Positions 36,190 through 50,701 of a stretch of 64,000 nt of DNA are shown one piece after another. The stretch comes from Octopus sinensis (lineage: Eukaryota). The notes under the pieces were generated by a model. It did not search any database and was not told where the DNA came from. It saw only the letters and a program-made list of their open reading frames with translations. The first letter of the stretch is position 1. Each line of letters begins with the position of its first letter. Position numbers and translations under genes: made by a program. Location: assembly GCF_006345805.1 (NCBI RefSeq), contig NW_021833019.1:33980-97979 (forward strand). Reading direction: 5' to 3'.

Positions 36190-37283
36190 GGCAAAGTGGG
36201 GTCGGGTGTGCTGAAAGTGTAGCTGCTAGAGTAAGAATGGTCTGGGCAAAGTTCAGAGAGCTCTTACCTCTGCTGGTGACAAAAGGCCTCTCACTCAGAG
36301 TAAAAGGCAGACTGTATGACGCATGTGTACGAACAGCCATGCTACATGGCAGTGAAACTTGGGCCATGACTGCTGAGGATATGCGTAAGCTCACAAGAAA
36401 TGAAGCCAGTATGCTCCAATTGATGCGTAATGTCAGTGTTCATACTCAACAGAGTGTAAGTACCTTGAGAGAAAAGTTGGACCTAAGAAGCATCAGTTGT
36501 GGTGTACAAGAAAGACGTTTGTGCTGGTATGGTCATGTAGCGAGAATGGATGAAGATAGTTGTGTGAAAAAGTTCCACACCCTAGCGGTCGAGGGAACCT
36601 GTGGAAGAGGCAGACCTAGGAAAACCTGGGACAAGGTGGTGAAGCACGACCTTCGAACTTTAGGTCTCACCGAGGAAATGACTAGAGACCAAGACCTTTG
36701 GAAGTATGCTGTGCGTGGGAAGACCTGGCAGGACAAGTGAGACCATAACACATGGCCTCTACCTGGGACGTAGCCAGCCCACTTATGCATACCTTTCCTT
36801 CTTGTGACACAAACCCTACTTGTGAAGACCTGTTGAGGCAAGTGAAAATCAAAATCAAAATCAAAATCGATCAACATCAATGGAAATTGTAGCTGTGATA
36901 CCAGTGCCGATGGCATGTAAGAGAACCATCCAAACATGGCCGTTGCTAGCGCTGCCCTGACCTGTCTCCATGCTGGTGGCACATAAAAAGCACCATCCGA
37001 TTGTGGCCGTTGCCAGCCTCATCTGGCCCCCGTGCCGGTGGCACATAAAAAGCACCATCCGATCGTAGCTGTTTGCCAGTCTCGTCTGGCACCTGTGCAG
37101 GTGGCACATAAAAAGCACCAACTACACTCATGGAGTGGTTGCCATTAGGAAGGGCATCCAGCTGTAGAAACACTGCCAGATCAGACTGGGCCTGGCACAG
37201 CCTTCTGGCTTCCCAGACCCCAGTTGAACCGTCCAACCCATGCTAGCATGGAAAATGGACGTTAAACGATGATGATGATGATG
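36190..37283 (+). mobile_element. RTE LINE 3' fragment
   Basis: ORF 36147-36740 (RVRMVWAKFRELLPLL..GRGRPRKTWDKVVKHDL); 3' UTR minisatellite and (GAT)n tail. Confidence 0.93.
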
Positions 37284-37507
37284 TTTCCTTCCATTTCATA
37301 ATTGTCCATTGCTGCTTTTTTGATTCCCTTGTGATGAAGCCAACCACACTTGGCCTGTAGCCTATAAAACACATGGCTTTCCTCCTAAACCTGTCTTTCT
37401 TGCTGTGCTATCTGACACCCTCATATCATGACGTATGATGTCCAGCCCATAAGCTAAGAAATTCTCTCACTTTTTAATCATCTATCATTCTCTTCATTTA
37501 TTTAACT

Positions 37508-39660
37508 CAGTGTTTCTCAAACTTTTCGCACCAAATTGCAACATCACCCACCTCTCGACTGAAAAATGCTCCATCGCCCATCTGTGTGAAATAACCCTGA
37601 CACAACCCCAACAACACAAAATCCCCTCCTCCCCATATCATTTGACACACACACTATATCGTAGACTCGTTGCTCTGTTAGTGCCGTTTGTACTAAATAT
37701 GCAGGATTAGTTTTGCCATAGTTTCAATAAAAGACTAACATTAACTCTATAATTTTCAGACAGATTAACTCATGGAAACTTGCCCTTTCTGTTACACTGA
37801 TTTTCATTTTCTCCAAATGAACCATTGATTAGAACTACCAATGCAAAAATAATTAATGATTATATGATAAAGGAAAAGAGTACAACTTTTTAATGAAAAC
37901 TATGTGTCTGGTGCGATGCAACTAGTGAAGATACTTTTGGTTTCAAACTTGTCAGGTTTAGTCGCAAGTCTCCTCATTGTTACATCCAGTTCAATTCTTT
38001 TATGGGGAAAGTAAATATCCAGCATGGTTAAAACCAGATTCAACCCTGTATGAGGTAGGGAAGGCAAGCAAAAGTAATTTCAGATGTTTCCACTGACTGG
38101 GGTAGGAATTCAATATACTCTGATGGTACCACAAACCTTCTCTGCCATTACAGTGATACTGTATTGTGGCATCATTGTCATTTTGTAATTCTATCAATTT
38201 CTACTGAATGTCATCCTCGCAATCGACTGTATCGACCTCAAATGGATTGCTATACCAATTTGGAATATTCATCACAATAACATCTTGAAATCATTCCCCC
38301 ATGTTATTGTGCAATGATTGTAAATAGCTGCGATATGTAGCTAAATCCTCGTCAACTAATACATCTTTCAAAGAATCAAGTTGTGGAAATTGATGGAACT
38401 GACGCTTTGAAAGGTTAGTTTTATACAACATCAATTTCGAAATGAAGGAAGTGATAAATGATTTACAGTCAATGAGAGTTTTTCTGTTTCCTTGCAAAAA
38501 CTTATTCAAATCATTTAATTTTGTGAATATATCACAAAGAAAATAGATATCGCACCTTGCAGCCATCAATGAAGCAGATTGTGGAGTAGTTTCAAAGAAA
38601 GCTGTGATTATATGAAACAGTTCAACAAAGCATAAAACACAGTTTCCTTTTGACAGCCACCACACTTCGGTATAGTATAAGAGTTTAGAATGGTCCTCAT
38701 CATTTCTTTGACAGAGTTGGTGGAAAATTCGATCAGACAAGGGACTGGACTTCGGCTTGTTCACAGTCTTGATAACTAACTTTGCACATCATTAAATCTA
38801 CTATCCATATTTTTTGCCACTAAATGCTGCCGGTGTGCCAAGCAATGAACAGAGCTAGTATCTGGTGGGAAATTTCACGCTTTAGGAGAGATGAAAATCC
38901 TCTGTATTTTCCTATCATCGAAGGGGCTCTATCAAACGCACAGGCAAGAAGATTACTGAGTGGAATATTACATTCAAAAAGGAAGGACTTGAGAGTGTGA
39001 AAAATAGCTGCACCTCTTGAATCAAGTGACAATTTCCCTGCGAACAGCATTTCCTCACAAGGTTGAAGGTCTTTGCTGAAATACCAAACATATACCATCA
39101 TCAAACATTGATTGTCCACAACAGTTGACTCAGCCATTTGTATAGAAAATTCAGGACGCTAGAGAATATTAATGAGTTGGTGTTTGACATCATTGGCCAT
39201 TTTATTGATGCTTCAAGAAATCGTGTTATTACTAAGTAGGATCTTCTTCATAATGTTATCAGGTTTCTCGTGTATAATGGTTGACAAAACCTCTTCAATA
39301 ACTGGGTGAAGTAGTGTTTCTCCAATTGTATGAAACTTCCCAGACTTAGCAACAAGCAATTCAATGTTGTATGATGCAATCAAACCATCATTCTCCTGTT
39401 TACTAGTTTCCTGGAGTAGCATGTTCAATGTCAGTATTTACATTTTGAAAGAGGAACTCTGTTGCAAAAAGTATTTTTATGGCTTGTCCTTCTTGTCAGA
39501 ATGCTTTGCATCAAAGTGATACTTCAAGTGTGAAGGTTTCATTGCTTTATTGGTCAATGTCTGATGGCAAAGCCCCCACCCCCACCATCTGATGCTGGTG
39601 TGTTTACATCCCCATAACTTAGCAGTTTGACCAAAGAAACCAATGGCATATGTACTAAAC
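37508..39660 (-). mobile_element. hAT (Buster/Charlie-like) transposon, degraded transposase
   Basis: TIR-like cagtgtttctcaaac at 37508; peptides MKPSHLKYHFDAKHSDKKDKP, YNIELLVAKSGKFHTIGETL, ESTVVDNQCLMMVYV, RIFHQLC..YTEVWWLSKG. Confidence 0.88.
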
Positions 39661-39764
39661 ATACAAAGAATGAGTCCTGGGGTTGATTTGTTCCACTAAA
39701 GGCGGTGCTGCAGCATGGCCACAGTCAAATGACTGAAACGAATAAAAGAATATATATATCATCA

Positions 39765-39960
39765 TTGTTTAACGTCATCATTGTTTTTGTGCTAGCATGG
39801 ATAGGATGGTTTCAGAAGAGCCAGCCAGGCAGAAGTCTGCACCAGACTCCTACGACTGTTTTGGCAGGATTTTTACAGCTGCATGCCCTTCTGAACACCA
39901 ACCACTTTACAGTGTGGACTGGGTGCTTTTAAGTGGCACCTGCACTGACAGGTGTCTTGC
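39765..39960 (-). mobile_element. RTE 3' tail fragment
   Basis: ttttacagctgcatgcccttctgaacaccaaccact tail motif. Confidence 0.7.
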
Positions 39961-40768
39961 TGTAGAGGAAGTTCAAGGTTACCTGGCTGGAGAGAGAAAG
40001 ATCAGGAATGAAGACAGTAGCAGGTGAGCTACCGCAAAGGAAATATATGGTTACCTGAAGGAAGTGCAGAAGGAGAGAGAGGGAGTGAGAGACAGTAGGT
40101 TAGAGATGGTGGCAAAATTCCAGGCATACTAACAAGGAACAGGGATCAGTATATAAATGGGATGGTTGAGTAAAGGAAGAGGGAGATATAGATGGTGGCA
40201 AGTGCCAGGGCATAATCTTGGAGTTCAAATGCCATAATATAAGTAACAAGATATTGCAAAGGAATTGTGATCAAGGAGTACAAGCAAGTGGTGAAAAACC
40301 TGGGTATATATAGAGTTAGTGTGGGGGGCTACTGGATAGCAATGATACAGAGGAACAAAACCATGAGGACAGGATAGGAAAGTGAGAGCTAGGCATAGTG
40401 TGTGAAGGAGGAAATATGAGAAAGAGATGTGGAGATGTAGATTTGTTTGGTGTGGGAGGGTGAGTGAAAAGATTTCTTTTTATGTGAGGGTGGGACACAG
40501 GTCAGGGGCTAGCAGATAACAATAGTACAGTTAGACAGACTGTGTGCATAGAACATGCAGGTCGGAGACAAGCGGAGAGCAATAATACAGAGGTACAGGG
40601 CCAAGAGGACAGGATTGGGAAGTGGGAGGTAAGTATAGTGCATGAAATGGAAATGTGAGGAAGAGAAGAGATGTAGAGATGTAGTTTGGTTTGTTGTGAT
40701 AGAGTGTATGAAAAGTTTTCTTGTTAAGTGTGCGTGAGACACAACACTTCTAGAACTCAGTTTCACTG

Positions 40769-41640
40769 ATGTGGGCAGGTCTTCTCAAGAACTTCATATC
40801 GCCAGACATTTTGATCCATTGTCATTGCCTCTGTGAGGCCCAACTTCCGAGATCAGTCCATACCACTTCGTCCCACATGTTCCTGGGTCTCCCTCTTCTG
40901 CGGGTGCCATCCACTTTCAGTAATTGGCACCTCTTTATGCTGCTGTCTTCATTCATATGCATCACATGTCCAAACCAACGTAGTCTTCTCTCTTGCATGC
41001 TGTATTTGATTCCTCTTATGCCCAACTTTTCTCTCAATACATTTGGACTTTGCCATACATGTGCACTGATGTTGCACATCCAACAGAGTGTATTACATTT
41101 CATTTCTCTCCAATCTACACATGTCTTCTGCATCCAGAGCCCATGCCTCACTACCATGGAGTATAGCCGTTCACACACAAGCATCATATAGTCTATCTTT
41201 CACACTGAGGGAGAGTCCTTTTGTTGCCAACAGAGGTAATAGCTCTTTGAATTTCCTCCACCTATTCTTATTCTAGAAACATTACTTTCAGAGCATCCTC
41301 CATCCAACATTATTAATTTGGTCACCTAGGTAACAGAAACTATCTATACCCTCTAGAGAGCCTCTTGAGCATTTGAGAGAATCTAATTCCCATGTGCACT
41401 GAGTGCTTATTGTTCCTGCACATCTGCCACATACAAAGACAACTTTATATGTTAATCTACCTATTATTCCATTGCACATCTTATGTGTCCACAGTTTACA
41501 CTGGGTACAGCAAATGGAATTTCTTCCAAACTCCTATCCTACATATTGAGCAGAGCCATTTACCTGATGGAAAGAGAGTTTTATTTTCTTTCTTACTAAC
41601 AATAACTTTTGTCTTAGCTAGGTTAACTTTAAGACCCTTT
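40769..41640 (-). mobile_element. Diverged RTE LINE fragment
   Basis: LREKLGIRGIKYSMQERRLRWFGHV..RGRPRNMWDEVV. Confidence 0.85.
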
Positions 41641-43800
41641 GATGCCAGGCCATGCTGGGCACCACCATTTGATTTGCTACAGTTTCATTAAACTTCTGAT
41701 GTGTAGAGTTTGGTGAATGAGGGAGTTTGATGTTGCTACTCTCATCTGCATTTTTTTGCCATGAGGTTGGTTCTGGAGCTCTTGACAAGAGTTGAATTCT
41801 ATCTGGAACTCTTGACAAGAGGAGATCCAGTTTTGTTTTGAAGATACCAGGTAGGTCTCAGGCTTTGTGGGAATATACTGAAAAAGCTGTAGGCCTTTGA
41901 AGCCCAAACTGTTGCAATATCTGGTCCTATATTCTGATGGCAATTTCGGTATTTTTGGTACCATGCAGTGCCATCCCGTTGTGCTGTGTAATTGAAAATT
42001 CCAAAGTTTGTTACAAGTTCTTTTAGGATTTTCTAGTTGTATCTTACTGTGTATCTTTCCTGCCTTTATTCTCAGGATTAGAGTCTTAACCTTTTAAGTC
42101 TTCCCTAATAGCTGACATATCATATTGAGACAATCTCCCTTGCATAGCATTGCTGGATTGCTTCAAATTCTATCGTTAATTTTATACTGTGTGGTGACCA
42201 TAGAGGGGAGTAGTAATCTAAATGGCTGAGGAGAAATGTCATCAGAGGACTATCATAATTTCCTGTTCTCTCATTCCGAAAGTTTGAAGGATCTATCCAT
42301 TCAATTGTCTGCATTTTATTGCTAAATTAGCAATATGTACATGGAAAGATGCATCATTACACATGTCAATGCGCAGGTTGTGCACTGATTTTGGTTTAGG
42401 AATTGCAATCCACCCTGGACCAGTGTGCCCTGTCTGCTTTCCATTAAGCTTCGTGTGCTGGCAGCGCAGGGCTAAGAATTTTACCTTCGTTAAATTGCAT
42501 GTTATTTTCCTCAACCCACTTGTATATTGTGTCCAATTCCCACTGCAGATGCGCAACATTTCCAGGGTTCTGTATCCTCTGAAAGATTGTTTTGTGTCAT
42601 CTACATAGCTAGCAAGGGTGGCTATCTGAGCAGTTGGGAGCATGTCTGACCCCCATACAGTGCCATGTGGAACACCATGCATTATTTGTGTTTCTTTGGA
42701 GGTTGCCCCATTGACCATCAGTACCTTTTTAGAAAGGTACATCTTTTAGAAAGGCATGTAGACATTCTCCAAGTTTACTGACTATGCCAAGATTACACAG
42801 CTTATGACATGTCATACCATGGTCGAATTTATCAAGAGCTTTTGCAAAGTAGAGATATATCACATCCGTTTTTGAGTTGGTGAACAGTTGCTTCAACACC
42901 TAGTCATAGTGCTGCAAGAGCTGTGTCAGGCAGCTTCAACCTGGTCGAAAACCATGCTGGGTGTTGATCAGCAAGTCATTCTTTTCCAAGAATGCATCTG
43001 CTCTGCTTCCTCCTTTATGAATAGGGGATATTATTCCCTCTTTCATTTTGTCTGGGAGCTTACCATTTGCAAGGGTTCACTTACATGACTTAAGGAGGAT
43101 TGCTGGGAATCCATTGGGGCCAGCAGCTGAGTTTGTGTTCACATCATCTATTGCCAGTATAACATCCTCTTCTTTGATGTTGATGTGATCAACTGTCACT
43201 GTCTTCTTTTCTGCATCTGTAGTGGAAAAGAACTCTACAGGTTTGCTAACTTGCATGTGTCATAAGGGTGGGGTTAAGACACTTTTGAATTGTTTATTCT
43301 GTGTTTCAACTATCCTCATCAAGTTTCCTTTGCCGGAAACATCGTTTTGGGGGTGTGACCCTACCTTGCAATGCACAGAGGCAGTTTCTTTGGAGTACTT
43401 AAAGCAGGCTTTAAGGTTTGATTTTATATTTTTTATAACCCCGGCTTCTTTGTCTGCTCTTTCTTTTTCATGGAAGCATTTCGAATGTTTCTCAATCTCC
43501 AGCAGTGCTATTTCCAGGCAGGATTTTTCATTGAGATGGTTTGCAATCTTTGTTCATCATCTCATAAGAACTTTTCTCTCACTGGGAATCTCATTTTTAT
43601 GTGCAGTGGCCTTTCTCTCTGGACAAAATTATAGTATATGGCTTGCATTATGGTCATAAAGGTTTTCAATTTCATGTTGGTGTCAGGTGTAGAGAGAGAT
43701 AGGGATCAATCCTGTTCAGTGATCTCTTTCTCAACTGATTTCCAATCTGCTTTGTGGTAGTTCAGATTGGATAGGTCTTGGTTGTTATTCATAGGCTGCA
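41640..43800 (-). mobile_element. CR1/L2-like LINE ORF2 fragment
   Basis: YLxFAKAxDKFDHG region (~42820-42860), GVPHGTV, ASYVDDTK, WxEENNMQFNEGK, SLGFKGLQLF. Confidence 0.8.
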
Positions 43801-43914
43801 TGTCTGCAGGTTCCTTTTGTCTATGCGTGGTCAACTCTATTATATTGTTATCCAAGACAAGCATCAGTATTTATATATGTACATATGTGTGTGTGTGTAT
43901 ACATGTGTATGTGT

Positions 43915-44510
43915 GCCATCATCATTTGATGTCCATGGTCTATGCTGGCAAGTAAGCTGAGGGGCTGCACCAGACTCCATTCTGATTTGGCATGGTCTTT
44001 ACAGTTGGATGCCCTTTCTAACGCCAACCACCCTGACAGTGTAATGGATGCTTTTATATACCACCAGCACAGGTGCCAGCAGCATGACACCAGTATCTGC
44101 CATGACCATGATTTCACTTGGCTTGATGGGTCGCCTTCTTAAGCACAGCATATTGCCAAAGGTCTCAGTCATAATAATAATCCTTTCTGCTATAGGCATA
44201 AGGCCTGAGATTTGTGGGGTGGGGCCTTTCAATTACATCAACCCTTGTATTCAACTGGCACTTATTTTATCGACCCCAAAAGGATGACGGTTAATCTCAA
44301 ATGAATTTGAACTGAGAACATAAAACAAACGAATGCTGCTGAGCATTTTATTCAGTGACTTAACAATTCTGCCAATAATAATAATAATCCTTTCTTCTAT
44401 GGGTACAAGGCCTGAAATTTGTGGGGAGGGGACTAGTCAATTACATCGACCCCAGTGTTTTACTTGTACTTAATTTATCAAGCCTGAAAGGATGAAAAGC
44501 AAAGTATATA
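43915..44510 (-). mobile_element. RTE 3' tail (43915-44170) followed by two SINE family 1 copies
   Basis: cagttggatgccctttctaacgccaacc; atcgaccccaaaaggatga at ~44270 and aagcctgaaaggatgaaaagc at ~44480. Confidence 0.75.
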
Positions 44511-45040
44511 TATAGTCAATTCAAATAAATGAATAAAAATGAACAGCATGAGGATGTGCATAAGAAATTAGCTTGACTCACAGAAGAACTGACTCAGAAG
44601 GCTCCTTCGATGTTGCAATGGGTGTCTTCAACAGTGCTGTCATCCTTTACAAACTATGACTCCAGTGAGCTTCATGCCATTCTTGGAAGTGTAATCTATT
44701 CTTAGCTACAATAGTGACAACATGAATTTCTTCCATCTTCATGCTCTGTTAAAGTATTTTGGAAAAATTATTTTAATATGTCCAACTGGTTAAAATTCTA
44801 TTTATTTGTGCAGCTGATGATGACACTGCATTTAAACTGATGTAATGATTGCATTGTTCAATTAAATGGAGCCACTTGAAATGGTTGTACTGCATCACTA
44901 CTTGATATCCTATTCCTTATTTTGATTTTATTCACCTTACTTCAAGGAGTGCAGATAATACCGGACTGACTTGGTGCTTCAACTTAAGTACCTAATTCCA
45001 CTGAATCTCAACTATATATATATATATATATATATATGTA

Positions 45041-48000
45041 TCATCATCATTGTCTAACACCCGCTTTCTATGCTAGCATTGGTTGGACGATTTGACTGAG
45101 GACTGGTGAACCAAATGGCTGCACAAGGCTCCAATCTGATCTGGCAGAGTTTCTACAGCTGGATGCTCTTCCTAATGCCAACCACTCCAAGAGTATAGTG
45201 GGTGCTTTTACATGCCACTGGCACACAAGCCAGTCAGTTGCTCAGGCAATGATCATGTACAGATGGTGCTCTTAGCGCCCCACTAGCACAGATGCCAATC
45301 ATCGAATTTGATTTCGATTTTGATTTCACTTGCCTCAACAGGTCTTCGCAAGCAGAGTTTAATGTCCAATGAAGGAAAGGTATGCATAAGTGGGCTGGTT
45401 ACACCCCTGGCATGGGCCAAGGGTTATGGTCTCACTTGGCTTGCCAGGACTTCTCAAGAACAGCATATTTCCAATGGTTTAAGTCACTAGTCATTGCCTC
45501 GGTGAGGCCTAATGTTCAAAGGTCATGCTTCACCACTTCATCCCAGGTCTTTCTGGGTCTACCTCTTCCACAGGTTCCCTCAACTGCTTGGGTGTGGAAC
45601 TTTTTCACACAGCTATCCTCATCCATTCTCGCCTCATGACTATACCAGTGCAGTTGTCTCTTTTGCACATCACATCTGATGCTCCTTAGGTCCAACTTTT
45701 TTCTCAAGGTACTTACACTCCGTCAAGTATGCACAATGACATTACACATCCAGCGGAGCATACTGGCTTTATTCATTGCAAGCTTACACATGTCCTCACA
45801 GCAGTCACAGCCCATGTATCACTGCCATGTAGTATGGCTGTTCATACACATGCGTCATACAGTCTACTGTTTACTCTGAGCGAGAAGCCCTTTGTCACCA
45901 GCAGAGGTAAGAGCTATCTGAATTTTGCCTAGGCTATTCTTATTCTAGCAGCTACACTTTCAGTGCACCCACCCCTGCTACTGACTTGGTCACCTAAGTA
46001 ATGGAAGCTATCAACTACTTCTAGTTTTGCTCCCTGGAATGTGGCAGAAGTTGTTCTCTGCACATTTTCAGTGTTTATTGCTCCTGAGCATCTGCCACAT
46101 ACAAAAACTATTTTCCCAGTTAGCCTTCCTTTGATATTACTGCACCTCTTATAGAGTTTCTACCTACACCTTTTCTACAGATCGAGGAGGGCCATCTACC
46201 TGAAGGGATTTGTGGTTTGTCTGCCTTCCTACTTATTAGGACTTTGGTTTTAGCCTAGTTGGCTCTAAGGCCCTTCGATTCTAATCCTTGCTTCTACACC
46301 TGAAATTTCTCCTCTAGTTCTGATAGTGACTGAACAATTAGAGCAAGGTCGTCAGCATAGAGGAGCTTGAATTCCTCTGTTATTACCTGGAGGACTGTGA
46401 TAAATAGGAGGGGGCTGAGGACTGAACCGTGGTGGGCAACTACCTCTACCCGGAATTCTTCAGTGTACTCATTGCCAACTCTCAGCTTACTGACATCTTC
46501 CCTGTACATGGCTTGTACAGCTCTCACTAAACATTCCTCTATCCCTAGTTTCCACATTGACCACCAGATAAGGGATCGGGGGACCCTGTCAAAGGCTTTC
46601 TTCATGTCAATGAAAGCCAGGTACAGAGGTTTATCTTTGGCTAGGTATTTCTCTTGCAGCTATCTTACCAGAAATATAGCATCAGTGGTGCTTTTCCCTG
46701 GAACAAACCCAAACTGCATCTGATCTAAACAGACACTCTCCCTAATTTCTTGTGTTATGACCCTCTCCGTTACCTTCATTACCTGATCCAACAACTTGAT
46801 ACCTCTGTAATTATTTGTATCTAAAGCATCACCTTTACCTTTGTAGCAGTTGACTATGGTGCTGCTACACCAGTCATTGGGTATGACTCCTTCGTGTATC
46901 ACCTGGTTAACTATATGGGTGACTAGGCTATAGCCAACACTGCCAGATATTTTGAGCATCTCTGCGGGGATTCCTGATGAGCCAGGGGCTTTCCCTGTCT
47001 TCATACTCTTAATTGCTTTATCTACCAAGGTACTGTCGACTTGGATAGCTGGTTCCTCTGTTGGGTTGACATTTGGCAGACTTTCCTTCTCCCATTCATT
47101 CTCTTTCATAGTGGTGTCTCCAAACCTCTCTCTTTGCAGCCTGGTTTAGTGAAAGTGAACCATCATCCATACGGACACATTTCTCGCCTATGACATCACG
47201 ATTCTCTCTCACACACTGTCTTGCAACACGAAATACCTCATGTCTTTGGTCCTCACGGTGCAGAACATTGGCAAATTGTTTCTTATCTGCTTCCCCTCTG
47301 GCTATATAAACCTATCTCCAAGCTTCCCTTCTGGCAGTCTGATACAATTCCCTGCTACCAGCGTTCTTCCAATCCTTCCAAGCCTGTTTCTTTTCTCTAA
47401 TAGCCCTGTTAATGACATTGTTCGACCACATTATTTTGGGTTGAGAGGACACTTCGCACTATCCACAGATTTGGTCAGTGGCCCTCAGCAGGTTGTTCTG
47501 TAGAAACATCCAGTTGTCTTCTACATCATGTGAAGCTATATCCCCTTTTATTTCGTCAAAGGCTTCCAGTAATACGTCTCTAAAAATCTGTCCATTCACA
47601 GGATCTTTAAGCTTCCAGACCCTTCTCCTCCATGCTGGTCATCTTCTGGGCATCCATTTAGCCCTAATCCTGAAGTCGCTACTACTTAGTCTATGTTGTG
47701 GGGTACATTCATCACCTGCGAAGGTTTTGGCATTTATAAGCAGCCATCTTTCCCTTTTTCTGGCAAGGATGTAATCAATTTGGCTGGTGTGTCTGCCAGA
47801 AGTATAGATGACTAGATGATTGGCAAGTTTCCTGAAGTTAGTATTGCAGCAAACCATAACATCATTTGCATCACAGAACTCCAGCAGCCTGGTTCCTTCC
47901 TCATTGTGGGAACCAAAACCGTAGCCTCCATGTATGCGATGGAAGCCCCCTGCATGTTGTCCGTGTCCATTGAAGTCAACAGCTAGAAAGAGAAGGTCCC

Positions 48001-48337
48001 TGTCATTAGTCAATGAGGTAGTCTGCAAGAGGGTGTCATAAAATTGGTCTTTCTTTCCATCAGGTAGCCCCGGCTGAGGGACATAGGTCAAGATAATGGT
48101 TGCTAACCCACGATGAAGCACTTATCTAATCTTAAGTATTCTGTTGCAAACTCTGACTACCTTGATTACCTTATCAACCCATTTCTCTGCAAGAAGTATA
48201 CCCACGCCCCTAACCCCGTCAGTGTTCCCTACCCAGAAAATCTTGTACCTGTGTTCTTTGCCTGTGAGGAACCTAGCAGAACCTCCTCTCTACCTTACTT
48301 CTTGGAGGCAGCACAAATCGACACATCTCCAGTCAAG
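45041..48337 (-). mobile_element. RTE LINE, near full length but fragmented
   Basis: EN peptides (YVPQPGLPDGKKDQFYD, SQIDYIL), RT peptides (KAFDRVPRS, LLYADDL), 3' tail at 45041; flanked by (TA)n on both sides. Confidence 0.93.
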
Positions 48338-48338
48338 T

Positions 48339-48398
<60 letters not shown>

Positions 48399-48826
48399 GT
48401 ATTTGTATATATACCTATATCTATTTCTATCTATATATATATATATATATATATATATGCAGTTTGTGAGAGACCATGCCTGTCTTTTGCTGGGCTCAAA
48501 TCTCAGTTGTAAATCCATGGAAAACGATCCTCCACCAACTATCCTGCCTATACATCTGTGCACACCTTTCAATGCAATGTATGCCAGAAAGTTTGCAAAT
48601 CTGACAGAGGCCTCAAAAGACGTTTTTAAGATCCACGAAGATCAGAACTTATCTGCAGCTCTTGGTGGTTGAAATTGGATATGCAATCTATGTGGTTGTC
48701 TTTTCAAAACAGTATTTGGTTTACAAAAACCCACATCAGATGCCATGATGGTTCTAAGATGCAGGTACAGGAGGTGGTCAAGCTCTGCTTAAGGAGTAGA
48801 CAACCACCACCATATATATATATATA

Positions 48827-49428
48827 TGTAGTGACGCTATACAGCGGCGCGCGCGCGCACCGTCCATTCCTGTTTCGCGCGTGCGGAGTTTGTGCCTTCA
48901 CCAAGGCAGAGAGAGGAAGGGCCCTCTTGCGCATGCGCGAAGCACCGGAAGAAGGACCCTTTTGCCTACGTGGCAGTTAGCCGAGGCAGGGGGATCGTAG
49001 GACGTTGACCACTAGCGTCCAGCAGCAGTCATTGACTTGAGGCACGACGACTGAAGGTAACGGACGTTAGTTCTTTTCTCTCTGTCCGAACTTGATTATA
49101 GCAGCAGCCTTTAACAAAAGACTTTTAACCTGAATTGTTGCAGACCACATCTTCTCCCTGTTCCGGACGCCATCTTTGACCAGTGTTGTTTTGCATTTGA
49201 ACACTGTAGATTCTACAGCGATATAGTTCAGCTCTGACACATCTATACCAAGGATATCAGATATACCAATTATCTGTTACTGTCATGAGAGAATAAAGTA
49301 GATATATATATTTTACGTCTGCGTCTTGTTGTTTCTGACTGGTAGAATCTGGATTATTAAAGCAACGGATAGTGATTGCACCAACTGCACCCCAAAAGTG
49401 CAAGAGAAGATATTCACTGTTCGTTACA
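48827..49428 (+). repeat. LTR (602 bp) of a second, truncated LTR retrotransposon
   Basis: TGTA...TACA ends, AATAAA at 49292-49297, immediately followed by a Trp PBS; no partner LTR in the window. Confidence 0.8.
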
Positions 49429-49429
49429 C

Positions 49430-49448
49430 TGGTGACCCCCGACGTGAT
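49430..49448 (+). promoter_or_regulatory. Primer binding site, tRNA-Trp type
   Basis: TGGTGACCCCCGACGTGAT equals the 18-nt Trp PBS with one extra C. Confidence 0.88.
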
Positions 49449-50701
49449 TCTGGTCTAAAACCAGAGATCACTTAACAACAAAGAAATCCAGTTTTTCTGC
49501 CAGGTCGGAACACGATTTAACTCTACGCAGTCATCATCTTTCGACGATTTGTTTCCGGTCCCCTCGGACAGTTATAGAAGGAGCCTTTTTTATTCTTCAA
49601 CATAATGACGGACGCCATCATATCATCGATGCTTTTTCTCTGCCTTTGTCATCATCATCGTCGTCTTAGAACTTCACGTCGTCGTTATCTTCGTCGCCAT
49701 CACCACTAAGAACAATGTTGTCTCAAGTCCACTACAGTCGCCTTCCACCACCACCGTCGCCTTTCAACACCGTCGACCAAGATGTACATAGCAACTCGCG
49801 GAACTTTAGCTTTCACGCTGTTCGTGCATAGCGTGCCAAGGATTAACAGCCCAGTCTATCTGCGAGATTCTTCTGTAACGATTTAACCTGTTACAACATC
49901 GAAGCTACAACCGCTACACATTGTGTTCAACCGGCATCTGCATTTGTGATTTCAACATTCTGTTACAGAACGAACTGCTATTGTGCATCAGGCTATTAGA
50001 GACTGGTAAATTAACTCCATTGTCTGAGATAGCCCTGAGAGACATTTTTCTATGCGCTGTATTTTTATTTTTGCTCGCATTCACCTTGTTTGTATATTCT
50101 GTCGCACACACGTACACACACATAAATGCTATCTCTCTCACATACATACGTCACACATGCTTTCTCGCTTGTTTTTCCATGCTAATTTGCCTTTGTGGAC
50201 ACACCTCATTTCTGTAGACCCTAGGTCAGTCACGTATACATAGAGAGGGTTGTTTGTCCATTATAACGCGTCAGCATGTCATACTTTTGTTCCTGTACGA
50301 ACGAGGCATATAATCGCTCAACCACTGGCATATTCATTGCTGTTTTTCGGTCTGGCAAGCCCTATTGCATTTCATGCGCCTTTGCTTCGCACGTGTATTG
50401 CCTTGTTTTTGCAACACGTTTGTGTTAGCTTAATTCTTTTCCCGACTCATAGAACGTCGGATGTTCACATGCGCTGCGCCCATGTTTTAGGCGTAATTAT
50501 TTTTCCCTGTTAGACTCCTGTTGGTCACGTAATTAACAGAGAAAATTATCTGTGTCGCGCATCACACCAGCATGCTTGCACTTTTGCCTTTTGTGTTACT
50601 AGCGATCTATCTGTCGATTCCATTTCCTCTCCTGCAGCAATTGATTTAACTGCTATTTCGCAGGATCAACCACCTTTACCATATATATATATATATATAT
50701 G

